A stretch of DNA of 64,000 bases from an uncultured Methanosarcinales archaeon (lineage in GTDB: Archaea; Nanobdellota; Nanobdellia; Woesearchaeales; CAYMBN01): the NCBI GenBank assembly GCA_964388715.1, contig CAYMBN010000003.1, positions 62,001 to 126,000 of the forward strand, read 5' to 3'. Shown here in pieces: positions 30,697 to 39,725 of the stretch; position 1 is the first letter of the stretch, and each line of letters starts with the position of its first letter. Below the pieces are notes generated by a model. It saw only the letters and a list, made by a program, of their open reading frames with translations, was not told where the DNA came from and did not search any database. The translations under genes and the position numbers were made by a program.

Positions 30697-31101
30697 ATGA
30701 TTACATCACAAAGAATAACTATAATTAAGATTAGAAGGCCAAAACAGCTTAATGTTAACCAGAAACTGCAATGGCTAGGTAGTTCTTTAGGATTGTTTGG
30801 ACTTAGGGATAAGGATAAGTCTTGTTTTAGGATATTTATTGAGCTTTTAAAGGCTGTAAAGCTTAATAAGCCAATGACAAGTGATGAGATTGCTCATAAA
30901 TTAAAGCTTAGCAGAGGCACTGTAATACATCATATAAATAAGCTTATGGAAGCTGGTATTGTGATTAGTTCTCGTAATAAGTATATGTTAAGAGTAGATA
31001 ACCTTAAGTTATTGATTGATGAAGTTGAGAAAGATCTTCACAGATCACTTAATGATCTTAGAGACGTTGCTTCTGATTTGGATGAATGGTTAGGGTTATA
31101 A
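30697..31101 (+). CDS. Winged-helix transcriptional regulator (ArsR/TrmB-like)
   Basis: TSDEIAHKLKLSRGTVIHHINKLMEAGIV HTH; divergent from hsp20. Confidence 0.85.
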   Translation: MITSQRITIIKIRRPKQLNVNQKLQWLGSSLGLFGLRDKDKSCFRIFIELLKAVKLNKPMTSDEIAHKLKLSRGTVIHHINKLMEAGIVISSRNKYMLRVDNLKLLIDEVEKDLHRSLNDLRDVASDLDEWLGL

Positions 31102-32751
31102 TTTCCCAAACAATTCACTAACTTTTTCTTCACCGATTGTTTTGATGAAGTTAGCTAGTCTTGGTCCGCGTTCTTTGTTGATGAGAACCATATAAGCTGC
31201 TTTGAAGAAATCCTTTACTTCTAATCCTGTTTTCTCACAAATCTTGTAGAATTTATCATGAAGTTCTTTTTCTTCTAATTTCTTTTTGTTTTTCAGAAGT
31301 TTTGCAATTTCTTTGAGTGTTTTCTTTTGTTTTGGATCTAGTTCTGCTTTGGATTCTTTTTGAATTTGAAATTTATATTGTTCAGAAGCGAATTGGTCAA
31401 GCCAGTTTTTTGCATCATGTAATCTTTCCATGATATAATGTAAATCAATTCCGCTTACATCTTCTGGAACATGGCCATTTTTTTTGAATATCTCTAGAGC
31501 ACCTTGTTCATTTAATCCAACTTGCAATGCAATTGCTGCGTATGTTAGTGGAATTTGAATAGGACATTTGTCTGGAATTTGGCCAACGTGTGATAATTCG
31601 TATATTCTTTTTTGATTGATTTTTTCACGTTCATCTGTTTCTTCTTTGTCAAAATAAATACGTTCTGTTCTATCATAACGCTCGTAAAGTAGGATTAAAT
31701 CATTAGGTCTAAATGGATCAAAGTCAATTACAGAATGAATTCTTGAACGGATGAGTAAGTAACGTAATATTTTAGGTTGGACTAGTTTTGTGATTTCTGC
31801 AAAACCAAACCCAGCTCCCTTTGATGTTGACATTTTTTTGCCGCTAATATTAAAAAATTCATATCCTTTTCCTTCATATCTTCTTGTTGATGGATATGGT
31901 GGTGGGAAATTTAAAACCTCGTTAGCAATTGCAACTGAAACTGTTCTTGAACCGCCTTTTGTGAAATGGTCTTTTCCAGCATATTCACATACAACACCCA
32001 CTGTTGGCCATTTAGCTGCCCATTCAACTTTCCAAGGTAGTTTACCATTTCCATCATAGGGAGAAATATCACCTTCATGACCACAACCTTCTGCCCAAGC
32101 AACATGATCTTTTTCACATTTGTAATGAACAAGTTCTTTTTCTTTATCCCAACTAATTGCTCGTGTTGTACCTATTTTTCCACATTTTTCACAAATTACA
32201 TTAAAAGGTAATTTGTCATATGGTTTATCATAGATTCTTTCAAATACTTTCTGGACTTTTTTGTGATTGTTAAGAATTTTTTTAATAACTTTATTAAAAG
32301 AACCGTTTTCGTATCTTTCACCTGTACTTTCAATCTCTGCTTCAATTCCAAACTCTTCAAACTTTTCAACGCATTGCATAAAATAATAATCTGCAAAACT
32401 TTTGTATCCTTTTACTGGAGAAGGCATATTTCTAAATGGCATACCAAGATATTTGTTCCATGATTGTGGAAGGTCTTTATTAGGTTTATCATAAGGATCA
32501 ATATCATCTGCGCTTAGAATAAATTTTGCTTCCATTCCTTTGTCACGCATTGCTTTTGCAATTGCATCATGAATTATCCAACCTCGGCCAGCACCAATAT
32601 GGATTACACCTGAAGGAGTTTTTTCATCATAACAAATATATCCTTTTTCTTTTACAATCTTTTTTAGAACTGGATCTTTTTCTACTCTTTTTTTTACGTC
32701 AAGAGCAATCTGATCTGCCCAATGTAGTACCTCTTTAGTCTTTTTACTCAT
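31096..32751 (-). CDS. lysS: Lysyl-tRNA synthetase, class I
   Basis: HWAD, PSG.IHIG, GKDH, KMSTSKG and GPRL motifs. Confidence 0.95.
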   Translation of the reverse strand: MSKKTKEVLHWADQIALDVKKRVEKDPVLKKIVKEKGYICYDEKTPSGVIHIGAGRGWIIHDAIAKAMRDKGMEAKFILSADDIDPYDKPNKDLPQSWNKYLGMPFRNMPSPVKGYKSFADYYFMQCVEKFEEFGIEAEIESTGERYENGSFNKVIKKILNNHKKVQKVFERIYDKPYDKLPFNVICEKCGKIGTTRAISWDKEKELVHYKCEKDHVAWAEGCGHEGDISPYDGNGKLPWKVEWAAKWPTVGVVCEYAGKDHFTKGGSRTVSVAIANEVLNFPPPYPSTRRYEGKGYEFFNISGKKMSTSKGAGFGFAEITKLVQPKILRYLLIRSRIHSVIDFDPFRPNDLILLYERYDRTERIYFDKEETDEREKINQKRIYELSHVGQIPDKCPIQIPLTYAAIALQVGLNEQGALEIFKKNGHVPEDVSGIDLHYIMERLHDAKNWLDQFASEQYKFQIQKESKAELDPKQKKTLKEIAKLLKNKKKLEEKELHDKFYKICEKTGLEVKDFFKAAYMVLINKERGPRLANFIKTIGEEKVSELFGKL

Positions 32752-32816
32752 ATTATCTTTAATTATTTTAATTTTATTTATAAATGTTTTTATATCTTAT
32801 TTTAAAAAACCTTTGG

Positions 32817-32871
32817 AACTTTTAGAAAAATATTATTTTTCTAAACAGTTTCTGCTTTGCCGAAAACTTTA
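32817..32871. repeat. Palindromic element (two modules), inverted copy of 36905-37016
   Basis: 32817-32846 is the exact reverse complement of 36987-37016; 32847-32871 matches the reverse complement of 36905-36929 at 24/25. Confidence 0.85.
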
Positions 32872-32900
32872 TAAACCCTATTTAATCTTTGCTTATTACA

Positions 32901-33245
32901 ATGACTGATAAAATCATATTAGGATTGACTGAACCAGTTAAGTTGGTTGGTTCAGATGGTAAAGAAAAGGAAGTTAGAGCAAGGATAGATACAGGTGCTA
33001 CAAAAAGTTCAATTGATAATAGATTAGCGTCTGAGTTACATTTAGGTCCTATTATAAAGACTAAATTAGTCAAAAGTGCACAAGGAACAGATATAAGGCC
33101 AGTTATAAGAGCAAAGATAGTATTAGCTGGAAGAGAGATTGAATCAGAGTTTACACTTGCAAATAGGACACACTTAAAATATCCTGTTTTGATAGGACAA
33201 AATTTGCTTAAAGATGGGTTTATGATTGATCCAAGCAAGAAATAA
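32901..33245 (+). CDS. RimK-associated retropepsin-like protease
   Basis: ARIDTGA..SS and R...YPVLIG motifs; upstream of a rimK-like gene. Confidence 0.85.
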   Translation: MTDKIILGLTEPVKLVGSDGKEKEVRARIDTGATKSSIDNRLASELHLGPIIKTKLVKSAQGTDIRPVIRAKIVLAGREIESEFTLANRTHLKYPVLIGQNLLKDGFMIDPSKK

Positions 33246-33246
33246 G

Positions 33247-34344
33247 GTGGTTAAAGTTAAAGGTGCTGTTATAAGTTTGGGAAGTAAATCTTCATTATGG
33301 GTAGTTGAAGCTATGAAGAAGTATTTTAAAACAGTTGATCATCTTAGTCTTAAAGATATTGAAGTTACAATTGGAAGTAAAGATAAACTTGAACTTCTTT
33401 ACAAAAATAAACCTTTTCCAAAATATGATTGTGTTTATATAAAAGGATCATTCAGGTTTGCTCCTATTCTAAAGTCAATTGCAACAATATTAGAAGGAAC
33501 TACTTATTTACCACTTACACCACAATCATATACAATTGCACATGATAAACTTCTTACACAACTTGAATTGCAAAAACATAAAGTGCCTATGCCAAAAACA
33601 TATATTACTCCTACAATTGATACTGCAAAAGAATTACTTAAAAAAATTAATTTTCCTATTGTTATGAAGTTTCCATCTGGAACGCAAGGTAAGGGAGTGA
33701 TGTTTGCTGAATCACTTTCATCTGCTACTTCTTTAATAGATGCTCTTGATGCACTTAATCAACCAACAATATTACAAGAATATATTGAAACAGCTGGTGT
33801 TGATACCAGAGCGATTGTTGTTGGAGATAATGTTGTTGCATCAATGAAAAGGAATGCTATTAAAGGAGAAAAAAGAGCTAATATTCATGCAGGTGGAATA
33901 GGAGAAGCTTGTTTGCTTGATATGAAAACAAAAAAGATTGCTATTAAAACTGCAAAAGCAATTGGTGCAGATATTTGTGGTGTTGATATTCTTGAAAGTG
34001 TGAAAGGGCCAGTTGTTTTAGAAGTTAATGTTTCACCTGGGTTGCAAGGGATAACAGCTGCAACAAAGATTGATGTTGCTGATAGGATTGCATATCATTT
34101 AGCACAGGAAGCTAAAAAATTTAAGGAAAAAGATAAATCAAAAGGTGCAAGTTTAATCATGGAAGATATTAAAGCTGACAATGGTGAGATAAAAGAAGTT
34201 ATAACTGCACTTGATTTTAGAGGAGAAAGAATTCTTTTACCTGAACTTGTTACTAATGCTGGTAAGTTTAAAGAAGGAGAAGAATGTACTTTTGAGATTA
34301 AGAATGGGAAAGTTATTGTTAAAAGGTTTATGAAAAGGAAATAG
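33247..34344 (+). CDS. RimK/LysX-family ATP-grasp ligase with C-terminal AbrB-like extension
   Basis: DK..T, KFPSGTQGKGV, QEYI, RANIHAGG and EVNVSPG motifs; GTG start assumed. Confidence 0.88.
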   Translation: MVKVKGAVISLGSKSSLWVVEAMKKYFKTVDHLSLKDIEVTIGSKDKLELLYKNKPFPKYDCVYIKGSFRFAPILKSIATILEGTTYLPLTPQSYTIAHDKLLTQLELQKHKVPMPKTYITPTIDTAKELLKKINFPIVMKFPSGTQGKGVMFAESLSSATSLIDALDALNQPTILQEYIETAGVDTRAIVVGDNVVASMKRNAIKGEKRANIHAGGIGEACLLDMKTKKIAIKTAKAIGADICGVDILESVKGPVVLEVNVSPGLQGITAATKIDVADRIAYHLAQEAKKFKEKDKSKGASLIMEDIKADNGEIKEVITALDFRGERILLPELVTNAGKFKEGEECTFEIKNGKVIVKRFMKRK

Positions 34345-34367
34345 AACATCTTTCTGAGTATGATTTT

Positions 34368-35318
34368 TTACCGAATTGTTTTTGGACTTTCTTTGTTTTT
34401 ATTTAAACTAGCTAAACCAATTTCAGCTTTTACAGTACCTATTTCCCAATCTAAAGAATTTTCTTTTAATAATGGATCATTGAACAAGTTAATTGCAATT
34501 TGGTAATTTTTTCTTGCAAGTTCTTCATTTCCCTGTACTTTATAAACATCAGCTAAAGCTAAATAAGCGTGAGGGTATGTTGGATCTATTTCAATTGATT
34601 TAGTTATATCAGCAATTGCTTCATCTAATTTGCCTAATTTATTTAATACACAACCTCTATTGTAATAAGCACCAGCACTTTCAGAACTAATTTCAATTGC
34701 TTTAGTTAAATCCTCAATAGCCTCATTATATCTATTTAACAAATTAAGAGCATTAGCACGATTATTGTAAGCTCCAGCACATTCTGGGTCAATTTCAATT
34801 GCTTTAGTTAAATCCTTAATAACTTCATTATATTTTCCTAACCTATTAAGTGCAACAGCACGATTAAAATAGGCGGCAAAGCACATAGGGTCAATTTCAA
34901 TTATTTTACTGAAATCCTTAATAGCTTCATTAAACTTTCCTAATGAAATAAAAGTGCAACCCCTCTTGTAATACGCAGAAACGTATTTTGGGTTGATTTC
35001 AATTGCCTTGCTAAAATTTTTGATGGCATCATCAAATTTACTTTGTGATTGTAATGCAGAACCAAGGTTGTAATAAAGAAGATCTTTATTAGGACTGATT
35101 TTTATCGCTTTAGTTAAATCCTCAATAGCCTCATTAAATCTTTTTAATTCTATTAATGCACTAGCACGATTATTGAGAGCAATAGGATTGTAAGGGTCCA
35201 TCTCGATTGCTTTAGTGTATAAAGAGATAGCTGTTTCAAAAAGATTTTTAGATTCTAAATTTTCCAATGCCTTTTTATAATTTTTATCTCCCTGAGATAT
35301 AATTGCTTGTAGATCCAT
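34368..35318 (-). CDS. Tetratricopeptide repeat protein
   Basis: Tandem 34-aa AY.NR...L....EAI.D..KAIEI.P repeats. Confidence 0.93.
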   Translation of the reverse strand: MDLQAIISQGDKNYKKALENLESKNLFETAISLYTKAIEMDPYNPIALNNRASALIELKRFNEAIEDLTKAIKISPNKDLLYYNLGSALQSQSKFDDAIKNFSKAIEINPKYVSAYYKRGCTFISLGKFNEAIKDFSKIIEIDPMCFAAYFNRAVALNRLGKYNEVIKDLTKAIEIDPECAGAYNNRANALNLLNRYNEAIEDLTKAIEISSESAGAYYNRGCVLNKLGKLDEAIADITKSIEIDPTYPHAYLALADVYKVQGNEELARKNYQIAINLFNDPLLKENSLDWEIGTVKAEIGLASLNKNKESPKTIR

Positions 35319-35384
35319 GAAATGGGGAAAAAGATTTAGAATATATAAACTTTTTGTTTTTTAACTACTTTTTAGTACTAATCT

Positions 35385-36878
35385 TTATTTCAAAATCAGA
35401 CTCTTTGCTGTCATTTCTTTTGGTTTTGGAATGTTCATTAGATCAAGTATTGTTGGTGCTATGTTAGCTAAACATCCTTTATCTAATTTAACTTTCTGAC
35501 CAACAATAATGAAAGGTACTTCGTTGATTGTGTGGAATGTTTCTGGAAGACCTTCTCTGCTTTTCATGCATTCACAATTGCCGTGGTCAGCTGTGATTAA
35601 TGTTATTGCATCACATTTTTCAGCTGTTCTAAGAATTTCTGCAATACAACCATCAACTGTTTCAATTGCTTTTACAGCAGCGTCTATGATTCCTGTATGA
35701 CCTACCATGTCTGGGTTTGCATAGTTAATGACAATAAAATCATATTTACACATTTCTTTGATAACTGTTTTTGTGATTTCATATGCACTCATTTCTGGTT
35801 TTAAGTCATATGTTTTTACTTTTGGACTTGGGATTAAATAGTATTTCTCTGCTCTGAACTCTTTTTCTCTACCAGAATTGAAATAGTAAGTTACATGTGC
35901 ATATTTTTCTGTTTCTGCTACACGTAATTGTTTCAAACCTTTTTTGCTTAACCATTCACCTAATGTGTTTGTAATTTGTTTTGAGTGGAATGCTACGTGC
36001 GGATGTTTTAAGGTTTTGTCATATTCTGTCATTGTTACAAAATAGTTGTCAGTAGTTAGTTTTTTTCTTTTGAATTCGTCAAAATTATTTTCTGTTAGTG
36101 CTCTTGTAAGTTGTCTTGCTCTATCTGGACGGAAATTAAAGAAAATGATTGTATCTTTTTCGTTTATACCGTGAAAGTTTCTGCCCACAATAACTGGAGT
36201 AACAAATTCGTCTGTTTCATTTTTCTTGTAAGCTTGTTTTAAAGCTGTGATCGCGTTTTTGTAATAGAATCCTTGGCCTGTTGTGATTGCATCATATGCT
36301 TTTTTTGTTCTTTTCCATCTATTGTCACGGTCCATTGCAAAGAATCTTCCTGATAAGGTTGCAATCTGGCCAATACCTTTAAGCTTTTTTTCTAATTGTT
36401 TAATATATTTTTTTGCACTTTTCGGTGGAGTGTCTCTTCCATCTAAGAATGCATGAACAAAAACATTTGTTCTTACTTTTTTTGCCATATCAATTAATGC
36501 AAATAAATGGTCAATGTGTGAATGTACTCCTCCATCGCTTAATAATCCAATCAGATGAACATTGCCTGTTGTTTTCATTGCCTTAACAAAAGCAGGGTTT
36601 TTGTAGAATGATTTGTTTTCGATTGATTTGTTTATTGTCATATATTCTTGATGTACAATTCTTCCTGCGCCAATGTTCATATGGCCTACTTCTGAGCCAC
36701 CCATTTGTCCTGGTGGAAGGCCAACACCTTCTCCGCTTGCTTCTAGTGTTGTGTGTGGATAATCTTTGATTAGTAAGTCAAATGTAGGTGTTTTTGCAAG
36801 AGATATAGCATTCTTTTTACTTGCATGTGCTAGGCCAAAGCCGTCCAGAATTACTAGTACAACAGGTCTTTTTTGCAT
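35385..36878 (-). CDS. gpmI: 2,3-bisphosphoglycerate-independent phosphoglycerate mutase
   Basis: ILDGFG, SEVGH, DGRDT, AETEKYAHV, NPDMVGH and ADHGN motifs; start set at MQKRPVV. Confidence 0.95.
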   Translation of the reverse strand: MQKRPVVLVILDGFGLAHASKKNAISLAKTPTFDLLIKDYPHTTLEASGEGVGLPPGQMGGSEVGHMNIGAGRIVHQEYMTINKSIENKSFYKNPAFVKAMKTTGNVHLIGLLSDGGVHSHIDHLFALIDMAKKVRTNVFVHAFLDGRDTPPKSAKKYIKQLEKKLKGIGQIATLSGRFFAMDRDNRWKRTKKAYDAITTGQGFYYKNAITALKQAYKKNETDEFVTPVIVGRNFHGINEKDTIIFFNFRPDRARQLTRALTENNFDEFKRKKLTTDNYFVTMTEYDKTLKHPHVAFHSKQITNTLGEWLSKKGLKQLRVAETEKYAHVTYYFNSGREKEFRAEKYYLIPSPKVKTYDLKPEMSAYEITKTVIKEMCKYDFIVINYANPDMVGHTGIIDAAVKAIETVDGCIAEILRTAEKCDAITLITADHGNCECMKSREGLPETFHTINEVPFIIVGQKVKLDKGCLANIAPTILDLMNIPKPKEMTAKSLILK

Positions 36879-36904
36879 AACAATATGGAGAATGTGGAGG
36901 TTTT

Positions 36905-37016
36905 TAAAGTTTTCGGCAAAGCCGAAACTCTTTGAAATTTGTTTCAAATTTCTAAGATGCTCAGAAACGCTTTGCGTTTCCGACACGTTTAGAAAAATAA
37001 TATTTTTCTAAAAGTT
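36905..37016. repeat. Four-module palindromic element
   Basis: tttcggc-aaa-gccgaaa; tctt-t-gaaatttg-ttt-caaatttc-t-aaga; tc-a-gaaacgc-ttt-gcgtttc-c-ga; tttagaaaaata-a-tatttttctaaa. Confidence 0.85.
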
Positions 37017-37391
37017 TTCTACTAGTTTTTTGGTGTAAGTTCTCTTAATAGATAGGTTAATGATTTTATCTTTTGAACATAAGGGTGGTCTTGGTTTTGG
37101 TCTATCTGGAATATCTTTATTTAATGGAACGATTTTAGGTTTTTTAGATTCTGCTTCTAATCTTTTTGCAATATCTTCTTGAGTAACAGTTGGATTATAT
37201 TCAGCACGTTGAAAACCTCTTTTTCCTGGTTCACGATTTTGAATTTCAATATAGGTTTTTTTCTTATTAAGGTCATCTGGAACACCCCCTACATAACATT
37301 TCCCTCCATCGTTAAGAACAATAAGAGCATCTCCATTACTACCTACTTTTTTAATTCGATATATTTGACCTTGATCTGGATTTCCAGCCAT
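37008..37391 (-). CDS. Hypothetical protein (N-terminus loosely TRAM/OB-like)
   Basis: GGAGG upstream of ATG; stop codon falls inside the palindromic element. Confidence 0.55.
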   Translation of the reverse strand: MAGNPDQGQIYRIKKVGSNGDALIVLNDGGKCYVGGVPDDLNKKKTYIEIQNREPGKRGFQRAEYNPTVTQEDIAKRLEAESKKPKIVPLNKDIPDRPKPRPPLCSKDKIINLSIKRTYTKKLVENF

Positions 37392-37521
37392 ATTAATCCC
37401 CCTCCATAAATAGTTATATAGGAGAGAAATAGCGTTTTATTTATAAATGTTTTGCATTAATAAGTAGTGAAATAAGATGGTTTTGAGTGGATTAAACACA
37501 TATATAAAAACCGTAACATTT

Positions 37522-37539
37522 ATATAACAGTTGTTATAT
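37522..37539. promoter_or_regulatory. Inverted repeat ATATAACA-GT-TGTTATAT overlapping the TATA box of the MNT-HEPN operon
   Basis: Perfect 8-bp arms overlapping TTTATATA (37519-37526). Confidence 0.6.
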
Positions 37540-37550
37540 TATTATTACAT

Positions 37551-38090
37551 ATGTCACAAAAAGATAACAGAAGAAAGATTTTGAGAGTGTTTTTTGAAGA
37601 TCCTGCTCCAAAAGGAATAGGTTTTCAACTTAGAGAAATTAGTAGAAATACTGGTACTGCTACTCCTTCTGTGAAAAATTATCTTGTTCAGCTTAAAAAA
37701 GAAGGGTTAATAATTGTAAGGAAACATAGGATATATGGCTATCCTGTTTATTATGCTAATAGAAATAATGAGCATTTTAAGTTTCTTAAAAAGTTGAATT
37801 CAATTAGAATGATAAAAGAATCAGGGTTATTAAAATATTTAGAGAATATTTGTATGCCTGATGTGATTGTTTTATTTGGTTCTGCTTCAAAAGGTGAAGA
37901 TATAAAAGATAGTGATATTGACTTATTTTTACAATGTAAAGAGAAAAAGTTAGACATGAAAAAATATGAAAAAGAGTTAAAAAGAAAAGTTAATATCTTT
38001 TTTAGTGACAATTTTAATAAATTAAGTAAAGAATTGAAGAATAATATTATTAATGGTGTAATCTTATATGGATATTTGAAGGTGTTTTAA
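37551..38090 (+). CDS. wHTH-MNT nucleotidyltransferase (antitoxin-like)
   Basis: N-terminal LREISR...PSVKNYL..L...GLI HTH; LFGS...DSDIDL. Confidence 0.85.
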   Translation: MSQKDNRRKILRVFFEDPAPKGIGFQLREISRNTGTATPSVKNYLVQLKKEGLIIVRKHRIYGYPVYYANRNNEHFKFLKKLNSIRMIKESGLLKYLENICMPDVIVLFGSASKGEDIKDSDIDLFLQCKEKKLDMKKYEKELKRKVNIFFSDNFNKLSKELKNNIINGVILYGYLKVF

Positions 38091-38500
38091 TGGAAGAGGA
38101 TTTAATTAAAATAACTCCTAATAAAGAAAAGGCTAAGTCAATTTTAAAAATGGTAGGAACTACTTTGGAAATGATCAAACAAATAGATAATAGTAAATTT
38201 TCTTCAAATCTTACTAAAGAATACTATGATGTAATAAGAGAATTGATGAGTGTTATTCTTTTACTTGATGGTTATAAGACTTTTGGTGAAGGTGCACATA
38301 AAAGATTAATTGAATATCTTGAATCAAATTATAAACAATTTAATAATTATGAAATTTCAATAATTAATAATTTAAGGGTTACAAGAAATAAGATTGCTTA
38401 TGATGGTTTTTTTGTAGAACCGGATTACCTTAAAAGAAAGATGGAAAATATTCAAGGAATAATCTTTAAATTAAAAGAAATAGTAAAAGGAAAATTATAA
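38090..38500 (+). CDS. HEPN-domain protein (toxin-like)
   Basis: TAATG coupling to the MNT gene; RNKIAY (Rx4H motif with H replaced by Y). Confidence 0.75.
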   Translation: MEEDLIKITPNKEKAKSILKMVGTTLEMIKQIDNSKFSSNLTKEYYDVIRELMSVILLLDGYKTFGEGAHKRLIEYLESNYKQFNNYEISIINNLRVTRNKIAYDGFFVEPDYLKRKMENIQGIIFKLKEIVKGKL

Positions 38501-39712
38501 CTGTTCTTCAATCCTTAGTAATTGATTATACTTAGCGTTTCTGTCGCTTCGAGCTGGTGCTCCGAACTTACAATACTTTGCACCAAGGCCAACTGCTAAG
38601 TCAGCAATGAATGAATCTTCTGTTTCACCTGAACGATGTGAGACAATTATGTTCCAACCTGCTTTTTTTGCTAGGTTATGTGCTGTTATTGCTTCTGTTA
38701 TTGTACCTATTTGATTTATTTTGAGAAGTAATGCATTGCAAGCATTGATTTTGATAGCATGTTCAATTCTGAGTGGGTTTGTGACTAGTAAATCATCACC
38801 AATTATTTGTAAGTTATGTAATTTTTTTGTCATTTCTTGCCAAGCTTCCCAATCATCTTCACGAAGACCGTCTTCAATTGAGATAACATTGTATTCTTTT
38901 GAAAGTTTTTTGTAAAGTCTAACTAGTTCATCATCAGAATAATAGCCGCGAGGTAAAGAATATTCACCATTTACAAAAAGGTCTGATGCTGCACAGTCTA
39001 AAGCTAGTTTAATCTTGTTTTTGTAACCTGCTTTTGCAATTGCATCTTTGATTAATGCTAATCTTTTTTCAACAAGTTCAATGTCAGGGACAAAACCACC
39101 TTCATCTGCTGTTAATGTTGAGTAACCTTTGTGTTTTATTATGTCTTTAAGAACATGATATGTTTCTGTGCACATTCTAAGTCCTTGGCTAAATGTTTTT
39201 GCACTTGTTGGAATGATTAAATGTTCTTGAATGTCGTGTTTAATGCCTGCATGAAGTCCGCCATTGATGACATTCATCATTGGGATTGGCATTTTAGGTT
39301 TTTGTTTAGAAAGTTTTGAAATATATTTGTAAACAGGTATGTTTAGGCATCTTGCACCTGCTTTACATACTGCAACACTTACTGCCAAGATTGCGTTTGC
39401 ACCTAATTTTGATTTGTTATCTGTTGAGTCTAGGTCAATCATTAAATGGTCAATGTATTCTTGTTTTGTGCAATCAATTCCTCTAAGTTTTCTTGCAATG
39501 ATCTTGTTAATGTTTTTGACTGCTTTATGAACACTTTTACCATGATATTCTTTTTTATTATCTCTTAGTTCATGTGCTTCATGTTTACCTGTTGAAGCAC
39601 CACTTGGAACACTTGCTCTTGATAAACCTTTACTTGTTAGAATGTCAACTTCAACAGTAGGATTACCTCTTGAATCTAGAATTTGTCTAGCCTTAATCCT
39701 CTTTATTTTCAT
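38495..39712 (-). CDS. eno: Enolase
   Basis: DSRGNPTVE, PSGASTG, LLKINQIG and SHRSGET motifs. Confidence 0.97.
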   Translation of the reverse strand: MKIKRIKARQILDSRGNPTVEVDILTSKGLSRASVPSGASTGKHEAHELRDNKKEYHGKSVHKAVKNINKIIARKLRGIDCTKQEYIDHLMIDLDSTDNKSKLGANAILAVSVAVCKAGARCLNIPVYKYISKLSKQKPKMPIPMMNVINGGLHAGIKHDIQEHLIIPTSAKTFSQGLRMCTETYHVLKDIIKHKGYSTLTADEGGFVPDIELVEKRLALIKDAIAKAGYKNKIKLALDCAASDLFVNGEYSLPRGYYSDDELVRLYKKLSKEYNVISIEDGLREDDWEAWQEMTKKLHNLQIIGDDLLVTNPLRIEHAIKINACNALLLKINQIGTITEAITAHNLAKKAGWNIIVSHRSGETEDSFIADLAVGLGAKYCKFGAPARSDRNAKYNQLLRIEEQL

Positions 39713-39725
39713 GAAAATACCCCTT

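Noticed and set aside
36879..36986. 36-aa N-terminal extension of GpmI in the ORF track
   Set aside because: Runs through the palindromic element and the TATA box; family similarity begins at MQKRPVVLVILDG
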